A stretch of 64,000 bases of DNA from Salinivirgaceae bacterium (GCA_017474765.1 JAFVGW010000060.1:1427-65426), one strand, 5' to 3'; positions 17,545 through 28,560 are shown, numbered from the stretch's first letter. Numbers and translations: made by a program. The notes: generated by a model from the letters alone, not told the origin.

Positions 17545-19587
17545 TCAAACTTGAACAGGCATTACAATGGTCACCTGGGTTCCCAATGCTTTGCCGTCGG
17601 CATCCTCAAGGTCGGTTATGGTGTACGACAGCTCCGATTTGGTCTTTTGGTTCAAGTCTTGCAGACGCTCGCGCGTCAGCTGCATACCCACCGATTTGTG
17701 AGCTTTCTCTCCTTTCTCAATTTCGGCGGCAGCCTTGCGTCCCACACCGTTGTCAGTAATTTGGCAGGTGAGGGTTTTGTCGCCGTTGTCGGTGATGCTG
17801 ATGACAATGAGCCCGCCTTCGGGTTTGTGCATGAGCCCGTGCAGAATGGCATTTTCCACAAACGGCTGGATCAGCATGGGCGGCACGTTCAAAAGCTCTT
17901 CGTCAACGTTGCCGTCAACATCGATGCGGTAGTTGAAGCGGTTGTTGAACCGTGCTTTCTCAAGGTCGATATACAGGCTGAGCGATGTCAGTTCGTTGCT
18001 CAGCGGCACAAACTGCTGCATTGAGTGGTCGAGAATCATGCGCATCAGTTTGGCGAATTTCGACAGGAATCGGACCGCGTCGAGCTGGTTGTTGCTTGTG
18101 ATGAAACTCTGGACGGAGTTGAGGGCGTTGAAGATGAAGTGCGGGTTCATCTGTGTGCGCAGCAGCGACCGCTCGGTTTCAAGCATACGCTGGCGCAGAC
18201 TCATTTCAATGTTTTCGCGAGTCGTCTTGTAGAAGAAGAAGAACACCACGCCGAACATTATGATAATGACCGCGATACACATTAGAAGTCGTGTTTGGAG
18301 TTGCTTCTGGCGCAGCTCGTTCTGGTGTTCAGCCTTGATTTGAAGTGTCTCGTAGTGGTGGTTGACGGAATCGAGCAGATGCGTGCGCTCCACCTCGGCG
18401 TCTTTTATTGAGTTGAGTGTATTTTCGTTGACATACGCCATCTGGTATTCCATGTATTTCTCATGGAATTTCAATGCGTTTTTGTAGTCGCCAAGGTTCG
18501 AATAGACTTCATACAGGTATCTATTGTGAGTTGCAAGTGATGAAGTCGAGCGGTCATCGGTCTGGTATTTATCCAGCCGCAGCAGTTCGGCAAGAGCATC
18601 GCGGTATTTTTTGTAAAAGAAAAGATATTTGACATAGCAATATCGGCAAGAAACATAATTAGCAATTGAGCCAACTGTCAGATAATAGGTGCTGGCCTTT
18701 TGAATATACTTATAGCAGCTGTCGGCGTAAGTTTTTTTGTCTTTCAGTTCTGCGGCTTTGATATAGGCATCGGCAAGACTATAGTAGGCATAGTGTTTGT
18801 CTTCCACATCATAATGCTTTACTGACTCGTTTGATTCAAACATGCGTACGGATTTGGTCAGATTTTCGATTGCAAGGTCAATCAGCGTGTCTGACTGGAG
18901 ACTGATAACGGTTCCCAAATAGCAGTAACAACATGCCATATTTGTTTTGCTTTTTTTTGCGATGGCATAATCCAGAGCTTTTTGGTAGTTTTTCACGGCG
19001 TTATCATACAGCTCCATAGATTGATATATCTGCCCTAAATTGTTGTATGATTCTATAAGAAAAATCGTGTCCTGCAATTCGGTCAGTAATACCAGTGCTT
19101 TGTTGTAATAGTAAAAAACGCTGTCTTTTATATTCAAATCGAGATAGCAGTTGCCGACGTGAATAAACGTGCCAGCTTCTCTTCTTTTGTCGGAATGTTT
19201 TTTGTAGATGCTGGCAGATTTTAGGCGGTATTGCAATGCCTTGCGCGACTCGTCTTTCATGTAATACGCGAAAGCCAGGTTATTGTAGTTGTAGGCCAGC
19301 AGAGAGTCGCGCTTCGGATAATCTTCATCGCAGCATTTGAGCGCAAGATTGGCGTATTTTATACTTGTGTCTAAATCGTATGTGCGGTATGATATGTTTG
19401 AGTAAATCTCAGCCTTCAGACTGTTTGGCGAGTCGGGTTTTATGATGTTCAGCAAACTATCATTCTCATGCTGGTTTCGACTGACAACTTGTTCGCTTTC
19501 AGTGCCTTGGGCATAATTAAATGACGGCAGCAGTAGCAATACGGCTGCGACTATAAATGAGAGTAGAGTTTTTTTCATTGTGTTCAT
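17545..19587 (-). CDS. TPR-repeat sensor histidine kinase (LytS/YehU-type)
   Basis: It has a signal peptide, ~380 aa of TPR-like repeats and one transmembrane helix. These are followed by a His_kinase region (NPHFIFNALNS) and a HATPase_c region (DNGVGR). Confidence 0.88.
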   Translation of the reverse strand: MNTMKKTLLSFIVAAVLLLLPSFNYAQGTESEQVVSRNQHENDSLLNIIKPDSPNSLKAEIYSNISYRTYDLDTSIKYANLALKCCDEDYPKRDSLLAYNYNNLAFAYYMKDESRKALQYRLKSASIYKKHSDKRREAGTFIHVGNCYLDLNIKDSVFYYYNKALVLLTELQDTIFLIESYNNLGQIYQSMELYDNAVKNYQKALDYAIAKKSKTNMACCYCYLGTVISLQSDTLIDLAIENLTKSVRMFESNESVKHYDVEDKHYAYYSLADAYIKAAELKDKKTYADSCYKYIQKASTYYLTVGSIANYVSCRYCYVKYLFFYKKYRDALAELLRLDKYQTDDRSTSSLATHNRYLYEVYSNLGDYKNALKFHEKYMEYQMAYVNENTLNSIKDAEVERTHLLDSVNHHYETLQIKAEHQNELRQKQLQTRLLMCIAVIIIMFGVVFFFFYKTTRENIEMSLRQRMLETERSLLRTQMNPHFIFNALNSVQSFITSNNQLDAVRFLSKFAKLMRMILDHSMQQFVPLSNELTSLSLYIDLEKARFNNRFNYRIDVDGNVDEELLNVPPMLIQPFVENAILHGLMHKPEGGLIVISITDNGDKTLTCQITDNGVGRKAAAEIEKGEKAHKSVGMQLTRERLQDLNQKTKSELSYTITDLEDADGKALGTQVTIVMPVQV

Positions 19588-19663
19588 TTTTCAACAAATG
19601 TAAAAAGAAAATGCAAATATCTATCATCCAATCATTATTACCTGATGCTGCAGCTATGCCGAC

Positions 19664-19694
19664 AACAAAAAGAGCGCCCCTTGCGGAGCGCTCT
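19664..19694 (-). terminator. groEL intrinsic terminator
   Basis: The minus strand reads AGAGCGCTCC-GCAA-GGGGCGCTCT (GNRA loop) followed by TTTTTGTTG, about 38 nt after the groEL stop. Confidence 0.8.
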
Positions 19695-19731
19695 TTCCTT
19701 TAATAATTATGAAAAAATTAAGACAAATTTT

Positions 19732-21375
<1,644 letters not shown>

Positions 21376-21383
21376 TTAATCGG

Positions 21384-21668
21384 TTAGAAAATGAAAATAA
21401 TGTCTTTTGTGTTGATAAGCACATATTTGGTGCCATCGATTTCGACCTCGGTGCCCGAATATTTGCCGTACATCACATTGTCGCCAACCTTAACGTCGAT
21501 TGGGGTTTCGTCTTTGAGCGGCGCGCCCAGCAGAACAATCTTGCCCTGTGTGGGTTTGTCTTTTGCGGTGTCGGGAATGTAGATACCGCCTGCTGTCTTG
21601 GTCTCAGCCTCTGCGGGCAACACCAGCGCTTTGCCAGGAATCACCCTACCTTTTAATTCTTTTGCCAT
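21384..21668 (-). CDS. groS: Co-chaperonin GroES
   Basis: A 94-aa protein lying 20 nt upstream of groEL, with a GroES-like mobile loop (AEAETKTAGGIYIP). Confidence 0.93.
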   Translation of the reverse strand: MAKELKGRVIPGKALVLPAEAETKTAGGIYIPDTAKDKPTQGKIVLLGAPLKDETPIDVKVGDNVMYGKYSGTEVEIDGTKYVLINTKDIIFIF

Positions 21669-22024
21669 TTTAAATGATATTTAAATTAGTAATGTTTTCA
21701 ATTTTCGGCCACTAAAGCCGCTGCGCCATTTATCACAATCTGTGCCAAAGCCGAAAGGGCAGCTTTTTCGTGCCAATCTGCCACCTGCCGCTTGGCACTG
21801 TGTCACACAAATTGTCGGATAGCTGTGTATTTGATTGATAAATAAGCAATTGTCAATAATTAGAAAATGGCTGACATTTTGGCATTTTGTCGAATTGAAT
21901 GATTCTGCCAAGAATACGTATCTACGGTATCATGCACCCAACAAAACCCCGCAAGGCCGACAACGCGGTATTTTTTGAACGCAACCCCGATAGCCAACGG
22001 GATGCAGAATTTTAAACGCGCTCA

Positions 22025-23380
22025 TCACAAATCCCTGACTACCGATGGCAACAAATAAATGGGTTTGTTGACTAAGGCACCTTCGCAGGAAACATCTTTC
22101 GGCGAAATCAAGTATTGCCTGCCAACAAATTGCGAGTATTTCAAGGCAAACTGCGTGATTGACTCGTGGTTTCGGATTGACGAAGACTTAATTTCAATCG
22201 GGACAACCTTGTTTTTGGATGTCAGCAGAAAATCGATTTCATAATAGTGTGTGCTGCCGTCCTTCTGCCTAGTGTGATAATATAGTTTTCGGCCGCTGGA
22301 TGCGATGACTTGAGCGGCTGCATTCTCGAACAAATATCCCAAATCAGCGTCCAACTTGTCGGAAATCAACTTTTTGTAGATGTCCGACTGGGGCGTGTCC
22401 GAATTGTTGAAAAGCATTGTCACAAAAAGCCCTGTGTCAGACAGATACAATTTGAATTTATCCACATCGCGCGTCTGACTCAGGCCGACCGACGGCTGCG
22501 TGATATGATAGCACGGCATAACCGTCTTTGAATCAATCAAATCGAACAACCGTTCTTCGTCTTTCACGGTTTTTTGCTTGCCCGTTGCCGCCGACACCAC
22601 AAAACGTTTCCGTTTCAGCGCAAGCTGACTTGGAACCGAATTGAAAATGTCTGACAATCTGCCCGATGGGTCGATTTTCTTCAAATCATCGATATACAAA
22701 CCTATAATCTCGCGTTTGATTTTGTCGATTTCCTCGAAATTCTTTTTCCGCACATACGCGTCAACGGCCTGGGGCATACCGCCGACAGCCATATAGATGC
22801 GGAAATTGCGCATCAGCGTGCGATTGACGGCGTTCCCCACAGGCAAGCCCGTTTCGTACAGTTGCCTCAGATTGTCGGCATTACCCTGTGTCGCCCACAG
22901 AAACTCTTCGTAATCCATCGGGAAAACATTGATTTTGTGCTCTTCCGACGGGATAAGTATGTCTTTCACATTTTTCTTTATCGAGATGAGCGACCCCGTC
23001 TCAATGTAATCGTATCTGCCATCTTTCACAAGATGCTTAATTGCCTGACGCGCACGGGGATACAGCTGAATCTCGTCGAAGATTATTACGGATTTTCTCT
23101 CGTGAAGGGTGACATTGGTCTCTGCCTGAAGTTTCAAAAAAAACAAATCCAAATTCGTGATGTCTCTCATTATCTCAAGCATCGCCGTTGTGGCTTCTGA
23201 AAAATCGATTTTGATATACGATTTGTACTCGTTTTGGGCAAAATGCTCAGCAATGGTTGTCTTGCCAACACGCCTTGCGCCCTCAAGCAGACACGCGTAT
23301 CGTCCCGCATAATTGTTTTTCCACTCTAAAAGTTCGTTGTATGCCTTTCTCTTGAACATATCAGATTCGATTCTAAACAT
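22025..23380 (-). CDS. AAA+ ATPase with C-terminal DUF4143-like domain
   Basis: It has Walker A in LEGARRVGKTT and Walker B in VIIFDEIQ. The C-terminal end, YEIDFLL...VPIEIKS, resembles a restriction-endonuclease-like fold. An alternative start lies at Met8 (23359). Confidence 0.85.
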   Translation of the reverse strand: MFRIESDMFKRKAYNELLEWKNNYAGRYACLLEGARRVGKTTIAEHFAQNEYKSYIKIDFSEATTAMLEIMRDITNLDLFFLKLQAETNVTLHERKSVIIFDEIQLYPRARQAIKHLVKDGRYDYIETGSLISIKKNVKDILIPSEEHKINVFPMDYEEFLWATQGNADNLRQLYETGLPVGNAVNRTLMRNFRIYMAVGGMPQAVDAYVRKKNFEEIDKIKREIIGLYIDDLKKIDPSGRLSDIFNSVPSQLALKRKRFVVSAATGKQKTVKDEERLFDLIDSKTVMPCYHITQPSVGLSQTRDVDKFKLYLSDTGLFVTMLFNNSDTPQSDIYKKLISDKLDADLGYLFENAAAQVIASSGRKLYYHTRQKDGSTHYYEIDFLLTSKNKVVPIEIKSSSIRNHESITQFALKYSQFVGRQYLISPKDVSCEGALVNKPIYLLPSVVRDL

Positions 23381-23399
23381 TTACAATGCAAATATAAAC

Positions 23400-23485
23400 A
23401 AAAGTACCAATATTTCAAGCTAAAATATCGCAAAAAGTACCGATATTTCAAGTAAATGTTACAGGAAAAGTATTGTTATTTCAAG
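23400..23485. repeat. Three 20-nt direct repeats phased at 33 bp upstream of the ATPase gene
   Basis: AAAAGTACCAATATTTCAAG lies at 23400-23419, AAAAGTACCGATATTTCAAG at 23433-23452, and AAAAGTATTGTTATTTCAAG at 23466-23485. Confidence 0.9.
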
Positions 23486-23529
23486 CCACATTGGGTTTGT
23501 GGCCTTTTTTGAACGCAGATTTAATGTTA

Positions 23530-23572
23530 GTCTCAACCAAATCTCATCAAAAACAATAGATTTGGTTGGAAC
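23530..23572 (+). repeat. Inverted-repeat element, copy A (GTCTCAACCAAATCT-N13-AGATTTGGTTGGAA)
   Basis: It has 11-bp perfect arms at 23534-23544 and 23558-23568. Copy B lies at 24724-24766. Confidence 0.85.
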
Positions 23573-23615
23573 TTTTGATAGAAAATATATTTTTGTTTAA
23601 AAAATTGTTGGTGCT

Positions 23616-24696
23616 ATGATAACCGGACGAGACGAAGAAAAAAAACTTTTGCAATCGTTGCTCGAAAGCGACAAATCGCAAGGATATTGTTCTGATTGTC
23701 TGTGGAAGCGCCACATCGTGGATTATCAATAAGATAGTGATGAATTATGGCGGATTGCACAACCGCCTGACACGCCAAATCTACATTGAACCGTTCACTC
23801 TGCACGAATGCGAACTATACGCCGAACAACGCAACCTTGGAATGAGTCGGCGCAACATTCTTGAAACCTATATGGTGCTGGGTGGCATACCATTCTATTG
23901 GGACTTTCTGCGCAAAGACCTGTCGTGGGCACAAAACATCGACCATCTTTTCTTCCGAAAAAACGGCGAAATGCGCCGCGAGTTCGACGCCCTCTACTCT
24001 TCGCTGTTTCGCAACCCGCAACCTTACCTCAGAGTGGTTACGGCGATGGGCACCCGAAAGGCCGGAATGACACGCTCTGAGATAATCAACGCGTTGGGCG
24101 AAGACCACGGCGGTACCTTAACACGCACACTTAAAGATTTGGAAGAGTGCGACTTTATCCGCTCGTTCACATCGATTGGAAAGGTAAAAAAGGAAACCAT
24201 CTACCAACTTATTGATAACTTCACGCTGTTCTACTTCAAATTTATGGCCGGCAACACTGGCGGCACCGACTATTGGCTGCAAACAGTGCGCAAACCTGTT
24301 TATAGTGCGTGGAGCGGCCTTGCATACGAGCGTGTCTGCCTGCAACATATCAGACAGATAAAGAAGGCATTAGGCATTTCGGGAATCATAAGCAATGTGT
24401 GCTCGTGGTCGTATCGGCCAAAGGATAGCGATGAAACCGGTGTACAGATTGATATGCTGATTGACCGCGACGACAATGTGATAAACGTGTGCGAGATAAA
24501 ATTCTCGCAAGACGAGTTTGAACTGACATCCGACTATGAACGCAACATAAGGCACAAAGCGAGTGTATTCCAAAGCAAAACCGGTACGCGGAAGGGCGTT
24601 TCGGTGACAATGATAACATCGTATGGCCTGATTAAAAACCAATGGTCGAATGGCATCCAAAACCAACTCACGATGGATGACCTTTTCACTGACTGA
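23616..24696 (+). pseudogene. AAA-ATPase family gene with internal deletion and frameshift (P-loop region missing)
   Basis: The ATG at 23616 gives MITGRDEEKKLLQSLLESDKSQ and then runs to a stop. The +1 frame, open from 23623, reads DIVLIVCGSATSWIINKIVMNYGGLHNRLTRQIYIEPFTLHECE... and continues to 24696. No GxxxxGK[ST] Walker A motif is present anywhere. The ORF track only sees 23737..24696. Confidence 0.7.
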
Positions 24697-24723
24697 CCGC
24701 TCTCGGACGCGAAAAACGCAAAA

Positions 24724-24766
24724 GTCTCAACCAAATCTTGTCAAAAACCGCCGTTTTGGTTGGAAA
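24724..24766 (+). repeat. Inverted-repeat element, copy B (GTCTCAACCAAA-N19-TTTGGTTGGAA)
   Basis: It shares the same 5' 16 nt and 3' arm as copy A. It sits 28 nt after the pseudogene stop. Confidence 0.8.
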
Positions 24767-25016
24767 TTTTATGTATTCATTATCTATATCACTGATTAAC
24801 AGCGCGTTTATTTGGCATTATTTATGTAATGTCCCGCAACAATGTCCGCTCCTCGCCGCCTGCAGATACGTGGCGCGCCGCGTCTCTACGTTTGGTGCAC
24901 CCGATTTTAACCCTGCAAGACCGCCAACCACGTCTTATTTTCGCACAATCCCAATTACTATCGGGGAACACAGTTTTTTGAACGCAGATGATGCCATATT
25001 TTATGATTATTCGGAA

Positions 25017-25514
25017 TCAACTACTACTTGTTTTATCAACATCCCCACCTTGGTTATGTATGTCCTTCCATATTTCCGAAATAAAATATATAAGCAGTAC
25101 TAATGAAAATAGAATAAATAAAATATCCATTACATAGGTTGGGGTGTCTGTCCAAACTATTTTTCGATTTATAGATAATTGTTTTATAAAATGATGACTT
25201 GCCGAACGTCTAAATTTACCACTCCCATAATAGTCGTATAGGATTTCAGCATGTTTCCCCGTATCTAATTCCGTAATAGCACTTCTGTCATTTAGTATAT
25301 ATTCTGTATAATCACCTTTGAGCTTTATGTAAGTGCCACCGTCTGTATAGTGGATTTTTTTTATTGTGCCCGATACTAATTTGTAATGCCGTATTTTTAA
25401 ATAATCATTTAGCGACATTGACATATCGCATAGTAAATATACTATAAGCCAAACAAAGCCTATTACGCCTACAACATAGAAGAGTATTCCCACTCTATTG
25501 TAACTATTTTTCAT
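25017..25514 (-). CDS. Small membrane protein, TM-beta-rich-TM layout (DUF3592-like); possible immunity protein
   Basis: A 165-aa AT-rich gene overlapping the upstream gene by 11 nt. It has N- and C-terminal hydrophobic helices flanking KLVSGTIKKIHYTDGGTYIKLKGDYTEYIL. Confidence 0.6.
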   Translation of the reverse strand: MKNSYNRVGILFYVVGVIGFVWLIVYLLCDMSMSLNDYLKIRHYKLVSGTIKKIHYTDGGTYIKLKGDYTEYILNDRSAITELDTGKHAEILYDYYGSGKFRRSASHHFIKQLSINRKIVWTDTPTYVMDILFILFSLVLLIYFISEIWKDIHNQGGDVDKTSSS

Positions 25515-27123
25515 TGGCTATTTCATTTAATGACTTTATAAAATCATCTATTTTTTTATCTTCTTCAGATAATAGATTGGCGGTACTATACGTTTCCCAA
25601 GCAGCGCATAACGCAGTAATTTGGTCTTTGTGTTTTAGTATGTCTGCTTGTCGTAAGTTGGTTATGTCAAGTACAGTCCAAAGTGTCTCCCACATTAAAT
25701 AAAATCGTTCCCAATTCTTGTCATCTCTACCTTTCTGATTATTAATATAAGTTATTGTTGGTTCGGTTAATAATCTTAATGTACTAATCGATGTGAGTAT
25801 AAATTTAGCACCTACTTGAGTAGCTGTTTTGAGTTCTCCCACCCCTATAACAAAAGAAGCAATAGTAGTTAGAGCATCAATAGCTTCCAACAAATCGTCT
25901 TTGTTCTGTTTAGAAATCAAATAATCGAAAAAGAACGCAGGCATAGGGTATATTTGATTATCTGCTTTAAGATTACATAAATTTCCTTCGCTCATATACA
26001 CACCTATCAATTCCGTCATTGATATGTCTTCGTTCACAAGAGTTACTTCTCCTTGATAAATTGGTGCTTGCCCCTGTAAAGTCCATTTTTTTACCGTACT
26101 CTTAATGTGTAAACGATTTTCTCTCTGTGACAATACAAATGTGATTTCATCTCCCGCCCCTGTAAAATCTATACCTCTATGCCAAGTGTAAACATGCTGC
26201 ATATTTGCAACTCTTTCCTTGATGTCGCTTTGACTGAAATATGCAAGTGTCAGATATTTTATAAAATCCTCATATTCCGAACTTTTCAATTTGTTTTTTA
26301 ATTTGAATAGAATATCTGTTTTTTCTAAAGCATCAAAGAACGTTGCAACATTTTCAGTGTTGACATTTTTTGCAACCAACAAAATTAGACGGGCACAATC
26401 CGCATTAATATTCGAAGCACACACTCCTGATAGTATATTGATTCGTTGATTATTAGTAATCACACCAAAAGCATCATCGGGTAGAGCAGAGAGATTTGAC
26501 CAATAACGATTCTTTATCATGAAATCAATGCCTTCACCCCAATTGGCTGCATCAGGGCATAAAATGTACTTTCGGATAGATTCGTGTTGTTCTTTAGTTG
26601 TTTCATATTCAACTGCATAGACTTGGCGCGTCTGCCCGTGGTCTAACAATCCAAAACCACTGCGCAGTTTGGTGTCGTCAAGTGCAATAAATGGCTTCGA
26701 CATCTCACAAGTCTTAAGATTCAAATTTTGTTGGTGTTTGGATTGAATACTTGTAACAAGATAATCGTATTTGATACCATTACCAAGTACAATATTCTTA
26801 GATATTCCGCTTTTCCTTGGTTCGCATAAGAAATCTCTTCCAAAGGCATAAGAAAATCGCAAAGACTCAATAATTGAACGATTTACAAAGAAATCTCCAT
26901 CCAAGAAACTATCCCCCTCCTCATCATCCACCAACCACCTAACAATACCTTCCTGCGGATTGTGGATATAGTCCCACTGGTATTTGTAGAGTTCTGAGTT
27001 GGTGCCGTTGTAGTCCATAAGGTTGCGAGTGGTGCCCTGCTGCGCGGTGTAAAGGTTCTCACTGCTGAAGGTGTGCCACAGGCGGAAGGCGCCGTGGGAG
27101 GTATGTGTTCGCGTTGTTGTCAT
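25504..27123 (-). CDS. Hypothetical 539-aa protein beginning with a degenerate zincin metallopeptidase fragment; function unknown
   Basis: The N-terminus is THTSHGAFRLWHTFSS...TTRNLMDY. This resembles HExxHxxGLxHTF...N[FYL]MDY of M43/pappalysin-like zincins, but with the Glu replaced and everything upstream missing. The remaining ~470 aa are AT-rich and show no motif I recognise. Confidence 0.6.
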   Translation of the reverse strand: MTTTRTHTSHGAFRLWHTFSSENLYTAQQGTTRNLMDYNGTNSELYKYQWDYIHNPQEGIVRWLVDDEEGDSFLDGDFFVNRSIIESLRFSYAFGRDFLCEPRKSGISKNIVLGNGIKYDYLVTSIQSKHQQNLNLKTCEMSKPFIALDDTKLRSGFGLLDHGQTRQVYAVEYETTKEQHESIRKYILCPDAANWGEGIDFMIKNRYWSNLSALPDDAFGVITNNQRINILSGVCASNINADCARLILLVAKNVNTENVATFFDALEKTDILFKLKNKLKSSEYEDFIKYLTLAYFSQSDIKERVANMQHVYTWHRGIDFTGAGDEITFVLSQRENRLHIKSTVKKWTLQGQAPIYQGEVTLVNEDISMTELIGVYMSEGNLCNLKADNQIYPMPAFFFDYLISKQNKDDLLEAIDALTTIASFVIGVGELKTATQVGAKFILTSISTLRLLTEPTITYINNQKGRDDKNWERFYLMWETLWTVLDITNLRQADILKHKDQITALCAAWETYSTANLLSEEDKKIDDFIKSLNEIANEK

Positions 27124-27339
27124 AGGTCAAAGTTAAGAAACTTTTTACTGATTGTAAAGACGTTGCGGAAGGTGAAATGGTTGCGGAAACAATGGCGGAA
27201 TTTTCAGCACTTGCGCCAAAAACAACAGAATTGGGAATATTAGGAACAGAATTTTACAAGAGCTTTATAATCAAATTTTTATAATCAATTTTCTTATAAT
27301 TTCTCGCGCCACGAAACGCAAATTGTCCACTGTCAATTA

Positions 27340-28473
27340 TCAATTGTCCGAAACAATCAACTCTTCCATAATCTCGTCCGAGACAAAAATTCCGCTGTGG
27401 GTGAGTTTCAGGTGGTTAGCCGCATATTCGAGACGGCCGTCGCGGACAAAGCTCTCAGCCTGACGGCGCAGATAGTCAACCATTTGGCGCGGTTGCTCAA
27501 GCTGCAAGTAATCCATATCAATTCCCGCCGATGTGCGCAGGGCGGTAATCACATAATCGTTGAAAATGTCGGTTGGCGACAGCGTTTCCGTTTCGCTCAC
27601 GCAACTGCCGGCTTCAATGCCTTTAATGTACTCGGCCGTGTTGGCGGTGTTCCAGCTTCGAGTGGTGCGGTTGTAGGAATGTGCTGCAGGTCCGATGCCA
27701 AGATAAATGGTTCGGTCCCAATAACTTGAATTGTGCCGCGAGCGGAATCCAGGGCGGGCGAAGTTTGAAATCTCGTAATGTTCAAAATAGGCCGTTTTGG
27801 CCCAGGCAGTCAGAATCTCAAACTGCTCAAGACTCTCATCTTCCGACACTTCGGCCAGCTGCCCGCGCTTGAGTTTCAGACTGAAAGCCGTGCCTTCTTC
27901 ATACGACAGGTGGTAAGCCGACAGGTGCTGCACGCCGAGCCCTGCAACCGTGTCGAGCTGCTGCCGCCAGTCGTCGGCCGTCATTCGGGGCAGGCCGTAA
28001 ATCAAATCAACGCTGATGTTGCCGAAGCCCGCTTGTTGGCAGTTGAGCACGGCATCGATGGCTTGTTGCGCGGTGTGTCGGCGGTTCATCAGCTCGAGCA
28101 TCGCATCGTCGAACGACTGAATGCCGATGCTCAGGCGGTTGGCGTCAGTCTGCGCAAGTTGGCCGATGTAAGTCGGTGTCAAATCATCAGGGTTGGCTTC
28201 AACGGTGATTTCTGCATCGGGCGATACGCTGTGCAGCTGCTTTATTGTGCCGATAACCGACTGAATATCAGCGGGTTCGAGCAGCGACGGTGTGCCGCCG
28301 CCAAAGTAGATGGTCTGCACCGGCTCGCCGTTCAGATAATGGCGCCGCCCGTCCAGCTCTTTCTTCAAGGCTTGCAAATAGCTGTTTTTCAATTCCAGCC
28401 GCGTGGTGGAATAGAAGTTGCAATAACCGCATCGGCGCTTGCAGAACGGAACGTGAATGTATATGCCGGCCAT
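27340..28473 (-). CDS. hemW: Radical SAM heme chaperone HemW / oxygen-independent coproporphyrinogen oxidase family
   Basis: I start it at MAGIYIHVPFCKRRCGYCNFYS (CxxxCxxC). The ORF track extends 30 codons further upstream across the secG terminator. Confidence 0.88.
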   Translation of the reverse strand: MAGIYIHVPFCKRRCGYCNFYSTTRLELKNSYLQALKKELDGRRHYLNGEPVQTIYFGGGTPSLLEPADIQSVIGTIKQLHSVSPDAEITVEANPDDLTPTYIGQLAQTDANRLSIGIQSFDDAMLELMNRRHTAQQAIDAVLNCQQAGFGNISVDLIYGLPRMTADDWRQQLDTVAGLGVQHLSAYHLSYEEGTAFSLKLKRGQLAEVSEDESLEQFEILTAWAKTAYFEHYEISNFARPGFRSRHNSSYWDRTIYLGIGPAAHSYNRTTRSWNTANTAEYIKGIEAGSCVSETETLSPTDIFNDYVITALRTSAGIDMDYLQLEQPRQMVDYLRRQAESFVRDGRLEYAANHLKLTHSGIFVSDEIMEELIVSDN

Positions 28474-28560
28474 TTTCCTAATAGTTTTCAAGGCAAAAAT
28501 ATCAATTTCTGCAGGTTGGCAACCACATGATGGCCATGAAAGAAGTTTAGGCAGGCAGCA

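Noticed and set aside
21669-21920. CIRCE heat-shock operator or sigma-54 box upstream of groES
   Set aside because: No TTAGCACTC-N9-GAGTGCTAA inverted repeat is present. The TGGCAC at about 21785 is on the wrong strand and lacks a correctly spaced TTGC.
24738-25103. 121-aa ORF in the gap after the ATPase pseudogene
   Set aside because: It crosses the repeat remnant (24866-24986) and then runs antisense into the 3' end of the AT-rich membrane-protein gene. It has no signal or motif and probably arises from decayed junction sequence.
21900-27340. Integrative mobile element or prophage as the origin of the accessory island
   Set aside because: No integrase, transposase, tRNA target or long terminal repeat is visible. 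Only short junction motifs are seen, so I describe it as an island with cassette-like boundaries rather than a defined mobile element.
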